NCBI RefSeq assembly: GCF_963921235.1
Contig: NC_086108.1
Coordinates: forward strand, 62,498,001-62,562,000
Reading direction: 5' to 3'
DNA length: 64,000 nt
Origin: Mobula hypostoma
Taxonomy: Eukaryota
Both the position numbers and the translations under genes were made by a program. The notes under the pieces were generated by a model. That model did not search any database. It was not told the DNA's origin and worked only from the letters and a program-made list of their open reading frames with translations. Below, piece after piece: positions 47,876 through 59,915 of this stretch (within the stretch, counting starts at the first letter, position 1; every line of letters begins with the position of its first letter).

Positions 47876-48644
47876 GTAAGGCACAACCTGCCTTCCACCA
47901 TGCTGACTATTCCAAATCATATTATGCCTCTCCAAATGTTCATAAATCCTGTCTCTCAGGGTCTTTTCCATCAACTTACCAACCACTGAAGTCAGCCTCA
48001 CTAGTCTATAATTTCCTAGGCTACCTCTACTCCCTTCCTTGAATAGGGGAACAACATCTGCAACACTCCAATCCTCCAGAACCACTCCTGTCCCCAGTGA
48101 TGATGCAAAGATCATTGCCAGAGGCTCAGCAATCTCCTCCCTCGCCTCCCACAGTAGCTTGGGGTACATCTCATCCAGTCCCGGAGACTTATCGAACTTG
48201 ATGCTTTCCAAAAGTTCCAGCACATCCTCTTTCTTAATGTCTATATGCTCAAGCTTTTCAATCCACTATAAATCATCCTTACAATCGCCAAGATCCTTTT
48301 CCACAGAGAATACTGAAGCAAAGTAGTCATTAAATATCTCTGCTATCTCCTCCGGTTCCATACACTCTTTTCCACTGTCACACTTGATTGGTTCTATTTT
48401 CTCACGTCTTATCCTCTTGCTCTTCACATACTTGTAAAAGCCTTGGGGTTTTCTTTAATCCTATTCACCAAGGCCTTCTCATGGCCCCTTCTGGCTCTCC
48501 TAATTTCATTCTTAAGCTCCTTCCTGCTAGCCTTATAATCTTCTAGATCTCTATCATTACCTAGTTTTTTGAACCTTTCATAAGCTTTTCTTTTCTTCTT
48601 GATTAGATTTTCAACAGCCTTTGTACACCATGGTTCCTATACCT

Positions 48645-48939
48645 GAAAGGAGAATATAGGGAGCTAGGAAGGGAGTTGAGAAAAAGGACCGCAAAGGTAG
48701 TAATCTCGGGATTACTGCCTGTGCCACGCGACAGTGAGAGTAGGAATGCGATGAGGTGGAGGATAAATGCGTGGCTGAGGGATTGGAGCAGGGGGCAGGG
48801 ATTCAAGTTTTTGGATCATTGGGACCTTTTTTGGTGCAGGCATGACCTGTACAAAAAGGACGGGTTACACTTGAATCCTAGGGGGACCAATATCCTGGCA
48901 GGGAGATTAGCGGGGGCTACTGAGGTGACTTTAAACTAG
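48645..48939 (+). pseudogene. CR1 ORF1 C-terminus (SGNH esterase-like domain)
   Basis: KVVISGLLPV...INAWLRDW...FLDHWDLF...DGLHLNPRG (DxxH block). Confidence 0.9.
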
Positions 48940-51900
48940 AATGGTTGGGGGGTGGGAATCAAATTAAAGAGGCTAGGCGTGAGGAGGTTAGTTCACAACA
49001 GAGGGATGGGAACCAGTGCAGAGAGACAGAGGGGTGTAAAGTGAGCGTAGAAGCAAAAAGTACAAAGGAGAAAAGTAAAAGTGGCAGGCCGACAAATCCA
49101 GGGCAAGCATTAAAAAGGGCCACTTTTCAACATAATTGTACAAGGGCTAAGAGAGTTGTAAAAGAGCGCCTGAAGGCTTTATGTGTCAATGCAAGGAGCA
49201 TTCGTAATAAGGTGGATGAATTGAAAGTGCAGATTGTTATTAATGATTATGATATAGTTGGGATCACAGAGACATGGCTCCAGGGTGACCAGGGATGGGA
49301 GCTCAACATTCAGGGATATTCAATATTCAGGAGGGATAGACATGAAGGAAGGGGAGGTGGGGTGGCGTTGCTGGTTAAAAAAGAGATTAATGCAATAGAA
49401 AGGAAGGACATAAGCCGGGAAGATGTGGAATCGATATGGGTAGAGCTGCGTAACACTAAGGGGCAGAAGACGCTGGTGGGAGTTGTGTACAGGCCACCTA
49501 ACAGTAGTAGTGAGGTCAGAGATGGTATTAAACAGGAAATTAGAAATGTGTGCAATAAAGGAACAGCAGTTATAATGGGTGACTTCAATCTACATGTAGA
49601 CTGGGTGAACCAAATTGGTAAAGGTGCTGAGGAAGAGGATTTCTTGGAATGTATGCGGGATGGTTTTTTGAACCAACATGTCGAGGAACCAACTAGAGAG
49701 CAGGCTATTCTGGACTGGGTTTTGAGCAATGAGGAAGGGTTAATTAGCGATCTTGTCGTGAGAGGCCCCTTGGGTAAGAGTGACCATAATATGGTGGAAT
49801 TCTTCATTAACATGGAGAGTGACATAGTTAATTCAGAAACAAAGGTTCTGAACTTAAAGAGGGGTAACTTTGAAGGTATGAGACGTGAATTAGCTAAGAT
49901 AGACTGGCAAATGACACTTAAAGGATTGACGGTGGATATGCAATGGCAAGCATTTAAAGGTTGCATGGATGAACTACAACAATTGTTCATCCCAGTTTGG
50001 CAAAAGAATAAATCAAGGAAGGTAGTGCACCCGTGGCTGACGAGAGAAATTAGGGATAGTATCAATTCCAAAGAAGTAGCATACAAATTAGCCAGAGAAA
50101 GTGGCTCACCTGAGGACTGGGAGAAATTCAGAGTTCAGCAGAGGAGGACAAAGGGCTTAATTAGGAAGGGGAAAAAAGATTATGAGAGAAAACTGGCAGA
50201 GAACATAAAAACGGACTGTAAAAGCTTTTATAGATATGTAAAAAGGAAAAGACTGATAAAGACAAATGTAGGTCCCCTGCAGACAGAAACAGGTGAATTG
50301 ATTATGGGGAGCAAGGACATGGCAGACCAATTGAATAATTACTTTGGTTCTGTCTTCACTAAGGAGGACATAAATAATTTTCCAGAAATAGTAAGGGACA
50401 GAGGGTCCAGTGAGATGGAGGAAGTGAGTGAAATACACGTTAGTAGGGAAGTGGTGTTAGGTAAATTGAAGGGATTGAAGGCAGATAAATCCCCAGGGCC
50501 AGATGGTCTGCATCCTAGAGTGCTTAAGGAGGTAGCCCAAGAAATAGTGGATGCATTAGTGATAATTTTTCAAAACTCGTTAGATTCTGGACTAGTTCCT
50601 GAGGATTGGAGGGTGGCTAATGTAACCCCACTTTTTAAAAAAGGAGGGAGAGAGAAACCGGGGAATTATAGGCCGGTTAGCCTAACGTCGGTGGTAGGGA
50701 TACTGCTGGAGTCAGTTATCAAGGATGTGATAACAGCACATTTGGAAAGCGGTGAAATGATCGGACAAAGTCAGCATGAATTTGTGAAAGGAAAATCATG
50801 TCTGACGAATCTCATAGAATTTTTTGAGGATGTAACTAGTAGAGTGGATAGGGGAGAACTAGTGGATGTGGTATATTTGGATTTTCAAAAGCCTTTTGAC
50901 AAGGTCCCACACAGGAGATTAGTGTGCAAACTTAAAGCACACGGTATTGGGGGTAAGGTATTGGTGTGGGTGGAGAATTGGTTAGCAGACAGGAAGCAAA
51001 GAGTGGGAATAAACGGGACCTTTTCAGAATGGCAGGCGGTGACTAGTGGGGTACCGCAAGGCTCAGTGCTGGGACCCCAGTTGTTTACAATATATATTAA
51101 TGACTTGGATGAGGGAATTAAATGCAGCATCTCCAAGTTTGCGGATGACACGAAGCTGGGTGGCAGTGTTAGCAGTGAGTAGGATGCTAAGAGGATGCAG
51201 GGTGACTTGGATAGGTTGGGTGAGTGGGCAAACTCATGGCAGATGCAATTTAATGTGGATAAATGTGAAGTTATCCACTTTGGTGGCAAAAATAGGAAAA
51301 CAGGTTATTATCTGAATGGTGGCCGATTAGGAAAAGGGGAGGTGCAACGAGACCTGGGTGTCATTATACACCAGTCATTGAAAGTGGGCATGCAGGTACA
51401 GCAGGCGGTGAAAAAGGCGAATGGTATGCTGGCATTTATAGCGAGAGGATTCGAGTACAGGAGCAGGGAGGTACTACTGCAGTTGTACAAGGCCTTGGTG
51501 AGACCACACCTGGAGTATTGTGTGCAGTTTTGGTCCCCTAATCTGAGGAAAGACATCTTTGCCATAGAGGGAGTACAAAGAAGGTTCACCAGATTGATTC
51601 CTGGGATGGCAGGTCTTTCATATGAAGAAAGACTGGATGAACTGGGCTTGTACTCATTGGAATTTAGAAGATTGAGGGGGGATCTGATTGAAACGTATAA
51701 GATCCTAAAGGGATTGGACAGGCTAGATGTGGGAAGATTGTTCCCGATGTTGGGGAGGTCCAGAACGAGGGGTCACAGTTTGAGGATAGAGGGGAAGCCT
51801 TTTAGGACCGAGATTAGGAAAAACTTCTTCACACGGAGAGTGGTGAATCTGTGGAATTCTCTGCCACAGCAAACTGTTGAGGCCAGTTCATTGGCTATGC

Positions 51901-51971
51901 TTAAGAGGGAGTTAGATATGGCCCTTGGGGCTACAGGGGTCAGGGGGTATGGAGGGAAGGCTGGGCTCTGA
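48930..51971 (+). pseudogene. CR1 ORF2 (AP endonuclease + reverse transcriptase) with one premature stop
   Basis: NARSI, GITETW, YRPP, GDFN and SDH endonuclease motifs. RT motifs PQGSVLGP and FADD. TAG at 51180-51182 where the copy near 19020 has GAG; the same frame continues to 51971. Confidence 0.95.
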
Positions 51972-53989
51972 GTTGGATGATCAGCCATGATCATAATAAA
52001 TGGCGGTGCAGGCTCGAAGGGCCGAATGGCCTACTCCTGCACCTATTTTCTATGTTTCTATACCTTACCATCCTTTCCCTGTCTCATTGGAACATACCTA
52101 TGCCAAACACCATGCAAGTATCCGCTGGACATTTGCCAAATTTCTGCCTTATATTTCCCTGAGAACATCTGTTCCTAATTTATGTTTCCAAGTTGCTGCC
52201 TGATAGCTTCATATTTCCCCTTACTCTAATTAAATGCTTTCCTAACTTGTCTGTTCCTATCCCTCTCCAATGCTATGGGAAAGGAGATAGTGATCATGAC
52301 TCTATCTCCAAATTGCTCTCTCAATGAGAGACCTGACACCTGACCAAGTTCATTTCCCAATACTAGATCAAGTACAACCTCTCCTCTTGTAGACTTATCT
52401 ACATACTGTGTCAGGAAACCTTCCAGAACACACCTAACAAACTCCACCCCATCTAAACCCCCTGCTCTGGGGCAATGCCAATCAATATTTGGGAAATTTA
52501 AATCACCAACTACAATAACCCGGTTATTATTACTCCTTTCCAGAATCTGTCTCCCTATCTGGTCCTCTATGTCCTTGTTACTATTGGGTGGTCTATAAAA
52601 AACACCCTGTAGAGTTATTGACCCCTTCCTGTTTCTTATCCTTTTCCACTGGATTGCTGACACCATTCAAGAGAGAGGGATTTAACTAATACTTCATTAT
52701 CTCTCCAAGCTGTAAGGTTAAGGGTCAGGTGCAAAGTGCTTCCAAAACCTCACTTCAGGACCTTACTACCCCACCTCAGTTCAAGTGAGACAAGATCAAC
52801 TGTGACTCATTGTTGGTTCCATACAGGCTGGTAGCCATCACTCATCTCTAGTCAAACCATCATCTCTACTTCTCCCTCCAGCTATATTGTTGTGCACTTC
52901 TGACATTTTCTCTTTTTATTTTAGATTTCCAGCATGTGTACTGTGTTTTTGTGTAACTTTTGTGATTCTGGTAACTACAAAACAAAGTTCACCCATCAAA
53001 GCCCCTCTTACTGTTATATCAGAAACACGTTTTACCTAAATCTTGTGGATAAAACAGCAAATTTTCAGTATATTCTCTTCAAGCAATGGTTCTGAGAATC
53101 AGGAAAGTCTTGAATAATAGGGCTCATAATGGGGAATTTTCGTGGCTTCTTTTTGATTGCTGGATCATTTGTTAATTGAATTGGTTCACAGGTTTAAATA
53201 ATGATTCATTCATTAGGTGTTAAAAAGATCTTACAAAGATTCAGCCACCAACTATTTGCATGAATTGCAGTAAAGCAACATTAAAGCACACCTACAAACA
53301 ATTCGTGAGTCCTTTGAGTGTAATTACCCCTTGCAGAAACCATTGAACTTGCATGCCGCAGTCAATATTTCAACAAGAAAATACAGCCTGATTTTCAAAA
53401 ATAATAGAATGCCTTTTGGATTAAAAGACCATATTAAGTAAATAGAAATAACAGGATTTTATTACTAACTAAAATAAAGAAGTGCAATTGCTGAAAATTG
53501 GAATTAAAAGCCAAAAATGAGGGCAACATTCAGTTTCCACTGAGAGACAAGTGGAGTTAGCTTTCCAAAGACCATCTTCAGACTTTTTATCAGAAATGTC
53601 AACTTTGTTTTCCTTTCTCAAATTTTGCCCAATTTTCTGAGTGTTTCCAACATTTTCTGGTTTTATTTTCATTATTATTTTTTCACTTATGGATGACATT
53701 CTTATGTCATAAGCTCTTGCCCTATCCCACCATTTCAACACAGCATCCAGAGTTAGTGGCATAGTGATTTATACTGAAGAGGATTAACCTTTTGAGTCCA
53801 TAACTTCAGGTCCAGATCTTGAATAATGATATGATATCCAGTATCCGATGTTTTAATGCGTTAAGCCAGCACGAGGAAATCTCCTGGTAATTATTCCCCT
53901 CCCTTGGCTGATTAATCAGTATAGATCTATGTTGAATGTGGCCTGGAAGAAGCACTGAGGAGAACAAGACCACTGAGGATAACAAGATG

Positions 53990-55262
53990 TTCAAATTCAA
54001 AGTAAATTTATTATCAAAGTATGTATATGTCAATATATACTACCTTGAGAATCATTTTCTTACAGACATTCACAGTAGAACAAAGAAGTACAACAAAATC
54101 ACTGAAAAAAATATATATAATTAAAGATGGACCAAAAAATCAATGTGCAAAATATAAACAATACAAAAACAAAAAGAAAACAAATAATAAACAAATTAAA
54201 TAAGAGTATTTGCAAGTGAGCCCATAGGTTGTGGAATAACTTCATAATTGAAGTGAATGAAGTTATCCATGCTGATTCAAGAGACAGGTGGATGTAAGCT
54301 AATATCTGTTTCTGAACCTGGTGGTGTGGGACCTAAGGCTCCTGTACCTCCTTCCCAATGGCAGCAGCAAGAAGGGAGTATAGCCTGGATGGTGGCGGTG
54401 ATGATGGATGCTCCTTTTTGTGTGGCAGTTCTGTTATTGATATGCTCAGTAGTGGTGAGGATTTTTCCCGTGATGGAATGGGCAGTGTCCACTACTTTTT
54501 GTTGGCTTTTCTGTTCTTTGGCATTGGTGTTCTCATACCAGGCTGTTATATTGGTGGGTTGACTGCAATGTCCATTAACAAGAATGTCTCAGGAGCTGCA
54601 CTACTGAATGATCTGGTCAGAATAGAAAGGGCCCACAAAATGCTGAAAGGGTCTGGCAGCACCTGTGGAAAGATAAACTAGAGGGAAATTAGAACAAAAA
54701 CCATTTATCAGAACTGGGTAAGAGAGATCATAGGGTGGCATCAAACTGAAGAGAACTTGTTGAGGGATTATAATTGGTAACATGTTTATTTGTGTTATAA
54801 GTACCAAGGCACAGTGTAAAATATATTTTGTATGCTATCAATACAAATAATTTAAAACCTGTAGGGGTAGAACACAGGGATGTGTTATGATTACTGCTAC
54901 AAAGAAAGTGCAATGCAGCTGGACAACAGAGTGAAAAGCCATAAAGAGGTAGACTGTGAGATCAGGAGTTCATCTCTGTCATTCAAGAGGCCTGTATCAC
55001 CATGGTAGAAGTTGTTCTTGAGCCTGGTGGTGCAGGTTTTCAGTCTTTTGTCTCTTCTGCTTGATGGGAGGAAGCAGAAGAGAGAATCTCCAGAGAGGGA
55101 GGAGGGTCTTTGATTACGTTGCCTGTTTTCCCAGGGTAGCAGGAAGTCGACAGAGTCCAGCGTCTAAAGATAGGAGGCTGGTTTTCATGATGGACTGAGC
55201 TGTGTCCACAATTCTCTGCAATTTCTTGCAGTCTCGGGCACAGCAGTTGCCATACCAAAACA
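53990..55262 (-). mobile_element. Two Rex1/Babar-like 3' fragments (~53990-54545 and ~54770-55262)
   Basis: DTAHSITG and VWQLLCP remnants. aataaatttactttgaatttgaa tail on minus. Confidence 0.7.
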
Positions 55263-56081
55263 TAACTGCCAGTCTAGGACCCACAGGAGGTGGTGAACCA
55301 TTACAAAAGTCAAAACATCTTTGATCTCGCTCACTATGTTACAGATACAAATTACAGGATCATAGTCGCAGAGGCTTGCAGCTTGGAAGCAGGCCAATTG
55401 GCCCAGCTTGTCCACATCAACCAGTCAGCAGCCTTCCATGTTAATCCTATTTCCCAGCACTTGCTCCATGACTAAGTATTCCAAGTGCTCATCGAAACCA
55501 TCCTTAAATGCAGCTAACAACCCAGGTTCAGTGACAAGAGATTCTGCAGATGCTGGGAGTCTTGGAGCAGCTCAAACAAAACAATGGAGGAATTCAGCTG
55601 GTCAGGCAGCATCTGTGGAGGGGAATAAATTGTCAGAGTTTTGGGCCAAGACTTATAAGTGCTGATATAATCCTGACATAAGACCAGGAATAAGTGAATG
55701 GCCAGCCTGCTGAATGTCCAAAGCCTTACCACCATTTACAGAGCGTATGTTAAGGCTAATACATTCCAGATGTAATTTTACATGGAAAATGTGAAATGAT
55801 CCTTTTTAGGGGAAAAATAAAAATGTAGATTATTATTTAAAATGTGCTGATCGGCAAATATTGATGCACAACAGAATCAGCCATGTAAAGTAGTTAGGAA
55901 GAAAAATGGTATGCTGGTCTTCATTGAAAAGGATTTTGAGTACAAAATGCCTGGCTATGTTTGTATAGGATCTTGATGAGGTTACACTGGGAGTTTTATA
56001 TACAAGATGGATCAACCAGCCATGTATGCATTAGAGTGTTTTATAAAGTATTTCATCATTCACCAAAATGAAAGGGAATGT

Positions 56082-56315
56082 TGTTAGGTTTTGTAACTCC
56101 AAAAATTAATCGAAAGAAAAACATGGGGAGCATGGGGATAAATGTGTGAACTTTATTTTTATTATTAGTGAGGAGCACACGTATGATGTGGTGACGTGAT
56201 GATATATGCCATTCATGTCCTTTTACATATAACCTCTAATGAATTATGTTAATGAGAAAGAATGCTTAATCAAACAATATATTTACAATATTACTGAAAT
56301 ACTAAATACACAACA
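56082..56315 (-). repeat. Solo LTR of the same Gypsy family, lying within an old CR1 remnant
   Basis: tgttaggttttgtaactcc...gaatgcttaatcaaacaatatatttac...aaatacacaaca, homologous to the LTRs at 10986, 13322 and 17086. Confidence 0.85.
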
Positions 56316-56989
56316 GATCTCACTGAAATACATTCAATTCTATCAGTGATTGACAGACTAGAAATAAAATGAAAGGTGCTTCCTCTGGCTGGGTTCCAAG
56401 GGTCACAGTTTCAAGTTATGGGGTAAGACCAAACCAGTGACCATTTCCATCAAAGGCAAATAATTGTCACCAAGCTCTTCTCTAAGTAGCATGCACTCTA
56501 ACGATGTACCTTCACTTTCACTGAATCTGAATTTTGGAACTTCCCACCCAATGATAATGTGGGTGTGCTTTTACCACAAGGACCCAGCTAATCGCCACCT
56601 CCTTGAGTAATCAGCATGGACAGTATCTTCTGACCTTGCTAGTGACGCCCACATTTCATAAACGAATAAAAAATCCCACTAGTGAAGGATGCTAGTGGAC
56701 GTCTGATTTCTAGAGTTAGTGTGGTTAGTGTGGGATGCTCAAAAGATGTTTCTGACTGGAAGTAAAGAAATGTTCTGAGAGTCAATATATTTCTGCATAA
56801 AATGTTGCAGCATAGATATCATGTTGTTTAAAAAGGGGTGAGTTGGATTTCAGTATCAATTCATGTAGCTGCATTCAGACCAACGATGGTGGCAATCTGC
56901 AGTTGCTGGCATGTGGAATCCGTCTCATAATATATTTTCTCATTCACAAAATGCACTGAAGTTACTCATCTCTGCTGCTCCAACTGCAC

Positions 56990-57845
56990 CTTCCTAACAC
57001 GTAATCTCGACGACCAGGAAAGATGAGGGCAGCCAAAACAGGCCTGCCAACACCTGCAGCTTTCCTTCCAAGCCACGTACCATACTGATCCCGCAGAGGA
57101 ATACTTGCAGGACTGCTCTGAGACGATGGGCTGGGTAATGTTCGGGGATTCATCTTCAGGTCTGAATGAATACACTATAGTTGTCACCGACTTCGTCAAG
57201 ACCTGTGTGGCTGTGTGCGTCCCTTCGAGAACACTCCGGTTCTTACCCAAAACAAAAGTTGTGGATGAACCACTGAGGACTAGATCTGTGGCATTCAAGA
57301 CCAATGATCCAGAGCCATACAAGAAGTCCAGGTAGACCTACAGAAAGCTACTTTAGGGGTGAAAAGTCAATTCCAGTTGAGGTTAGAGACACAATCAGAT
57401 GCATACCAGCTCTGGCAGGGTTTGTAGGCCATTACGTCGGACAGTGTGAAAGCTAACATTATGAATAGTTGTGGTACTTCATTCCGAGAGGAGCTCAATG
57501 CTTCTTATAGACTCTTTGAAAGGGAGTATTAAACTGCATCAGTGTGAATCTCAGCAGCATTAGTAACCCTGTGACCTCTGTCTCGAAAGTCAACATCAGA
57601 ACACCTTTCAAGAGGATGAACCTTTGCATGGTGTCAGGCCCTGATGGTGTACCTGGCAGTGCCCTGAAAACCTTTGCTAACCAGCTGACAGGAGTGTTCA
57701 ATGAACACTACCTCAGTACCTTTTCCTTTCTTTTTGTATTACTTATTTAATTTTATTTTCATTTTTATCCATACTTATTGTAGTTTATAGTTTTTATCAT
57801 TATGCAAAACAGCAAATTTCACAACATGTGCCACTGATTCTGATT
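56990..57845 (+). mobile_element. Rex1/Babar-like internal fragment joined to a 3' end
   Basis: QDCSETMGWVMF..LNEYTIVVTDFVKTCV and SGPDGVPGSALKTFANQLTGVF. Confidence 0.8.
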
Positions 57846-58270
57846 GCCGCTGAAATACCAGAGTAGCAAAATTATCATCAGAAAGGCAAGCACCGACTTT
57901 CTGCAGTATGTCTTTTGGAAATGATGCAATAGGGATTTGGAGAAAGCTACGGGATGAAGTTTAGGCAGGTTATTCCATGCTTGAGTTGCTTGGTATCATT
58001 TATTGCCTTAGCTGGGATGGTTCATTCTACAGCACAGTCAGTACCTCTGGATCCCTCCCCAGTGACTCAAGAAGATAAGAGAAATAAAATTATAAATGTA
58101 AACGCATAGGTGTAGGCACAGGAAGGAGTTGATCTGATATGCTGCACTCACGCAGTGTTAAAAGTATTTGGACATTAGGACATTGAAGGGAAATGCTAAA
58201 GTGCCTTAATTGTGCAATATATTTCACTCCCTGGTCACCCACACCGAGAAGAAAAAGGACCACTTAAGTT

Positions 58271-58465
58271 AAGAGCAACATGTACAAAATCCTGGAGGAA
58301 CTCAGCAGGCCAGGCAGCATCTATGGAGAAAAGTACAGTCGACGTTTCGGGCTGAAACGTGGACTGTTCTTTATTTCATAGATGCTGCTTGGCTTGCTGA
58401 GTTCCACCAGGATTTTGTGTGTGTTGCTGGAATTTCCAACATCTGCAGGTTTCCTCTTGCTTGTG
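58271..58465. mobile_element. Short Penelope-like palindrome with 9-bp TSD
   Basis: TSD acttaagtt at 58262-58270 and 58466-58474. Hairpin centred on cgtttcgggctgaaacg (~58350). Confidence 0.8.
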
Positions 58466-58859
58466 ACTTAAGTTTATGCTAAACAAGAAAGACCAACAGT
58501 CAACAGGTCCAGTTTTTTTTAGTCTCTAACAGTAAAAATTGGAACAATGGTTTGCAGAGGCGTGGTAACAGTAAAGCAAAAGGTATTACTATGGTAAAAT
58601 CCTTCGGGGGTTTCTGGGTTAGGAGATGGTTTTTTTGCTGTTTGTTTCTTCCCCACATTTCTCTCCTTAAGAAGGCTTCCTTATTACTGCATTATCGAAA
58701 ATCCCCACCAGTTATGGTGGAATCAAGGTGTTGAGATGAAGCAAATAATGAGTTGCATAGACCTTCAGTATAATGTGAGTTAAGAGTGAGTTTGCCACCT
58801 TTCATCATTACTCATTCACTAATATGCATTTTCTATCATTTAGGCTAGTGGGAAAATGG

Positions 58860-59225
58860 AGACATCCCTTTCTCCCTCATTAGGGAGAGAGAGAGCCTGT
58901 GGTATGTCGAATACTGGGTGAAACGCGAAGTCTTTGGGATAACCGCAAGTCTGTGTCTTTGCTATTGCTTTGCTCACACTTGAGTGCTCGCTTGGTGGCA
59001 GTGCTGATGTTTTTTTTGCCGGTGGGGGGAGGGGGGATTGTTGCTTGCTACCGCTTAAGCGTGGGGGTGAGCTGTGGCGGGGGGGTGACTTTGGGTTCTA
59101 ACATTTAACTGTCATTCATTCTTTGGAGCACTCCTCTGTTTTCATGGATGGTTGTGAAGAAAAAGCATTTTAGGATGTATATTGTATACCTTTCTCTGAC
59201 ATTAAATTGTACCTTTGGACCTTCG
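58860..59225 (+). mobile_element. 3' half of the non-autonomous element seen at 39600-40445
   Basis: Shared ttagggagagagagagcct...gggttctaacatt...ggatgtatattgtatac. Confidence 0.65.
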
Positions 59226-59459
59226 AAGTTCAATGGCAGTATTTTCAAAATACAAGAGTTGTAATATTAATTTGAATATATAAACAGAACATGCTGGAAG
59301 TAAATAACAGGTCAAACAAAATCTGTAGAGAGCAGCAAATTCTGCTCTCTGACAATATCTCTAACATTTATTGTTCATATTTCAGAATTTTCAGCATTGG
59401 CAATAATTTGTATTTAAATTAAGTTTAATTTCAGGTAAGTAGTGGACCCAGCTAACACT

Positions 59460-59915
59460 AGTGCATTTTCACTAATGGAAAAGCCCTAGCAGAGATATTC
59501 AAAATGTCCTGAGCAACAGGTAAGGTACCGAAGGATTGGAGGATAGCTAATGTTGTTCTGTTGTTTAAGAAAGGTTCAAGGAATAAGCCAGGAAATTATA
59601 GGCTGGTTAACCTCACATCATTAGTGGATAAATTATTCTAAGGACTTACATATATAAGTATTCAGATAGAGTGGGACTGATTAGGGATAGCTTTGTGCAT
59701 GCTAGGTCGTGTCTAACCAATCTTAGAGTTTTTCAAGGAAATTAGCAGAAAAGTTGATGAAGGCAAGGCAGTGGATGATGTCTGCATGGATTTTAGCATG
59801 GTCTTTGACAAGGTTGGTCAAGAAGGTTCAATTACTTGGCATTCAGGATGAGGTAGTAAATTGGATTATGCATTGGTTTTGTAGCAGAAGCTAGAAATTG
59901 CTAGTAGATGGTTGC
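59460..59915 (+). mobile_element. Old CR1 RT fragment
   Basis: Decayed DWRIANVVLLFKKG..KPGNYRLV, RSCLTNL and FDKV motifs. Confidence 0.8.

Larger units (their letters stand above)
48645..52057 (+). mobile_element. Young CR1 LINE: ORF1 C-terminus, complete ORF2 region and 3'UTR, with 8-bp TSD
   Basis: TSD ctatacct at 48637-48644 and 52058-52065. 3' end gggccgaatggcctactcctgcacctattttctatgtttc. Confidence 0.97.
45565..52640 (-). mobile_element. Older CR1 ORF2 (endonuclease to 3' end), split by two younger plus-strand CR1 insertions
   Basis: Colinear minus-strand pieces: FYRPPNSN..VGDLNFPNIDW (52226-52640), KSPGLDEMYP..GNYRLV (47876-48644), [16 protein letters not shown] and 3' end (45565-46764). 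Confidence 0.9.

Noticed and set aside
49310..51589. Long antisense ORFs (258, 134 and 93 aa) and their twins at 18614-19318
   Set aside because: Antisense shadows of CR1 ORF2 with no independent domain signal.
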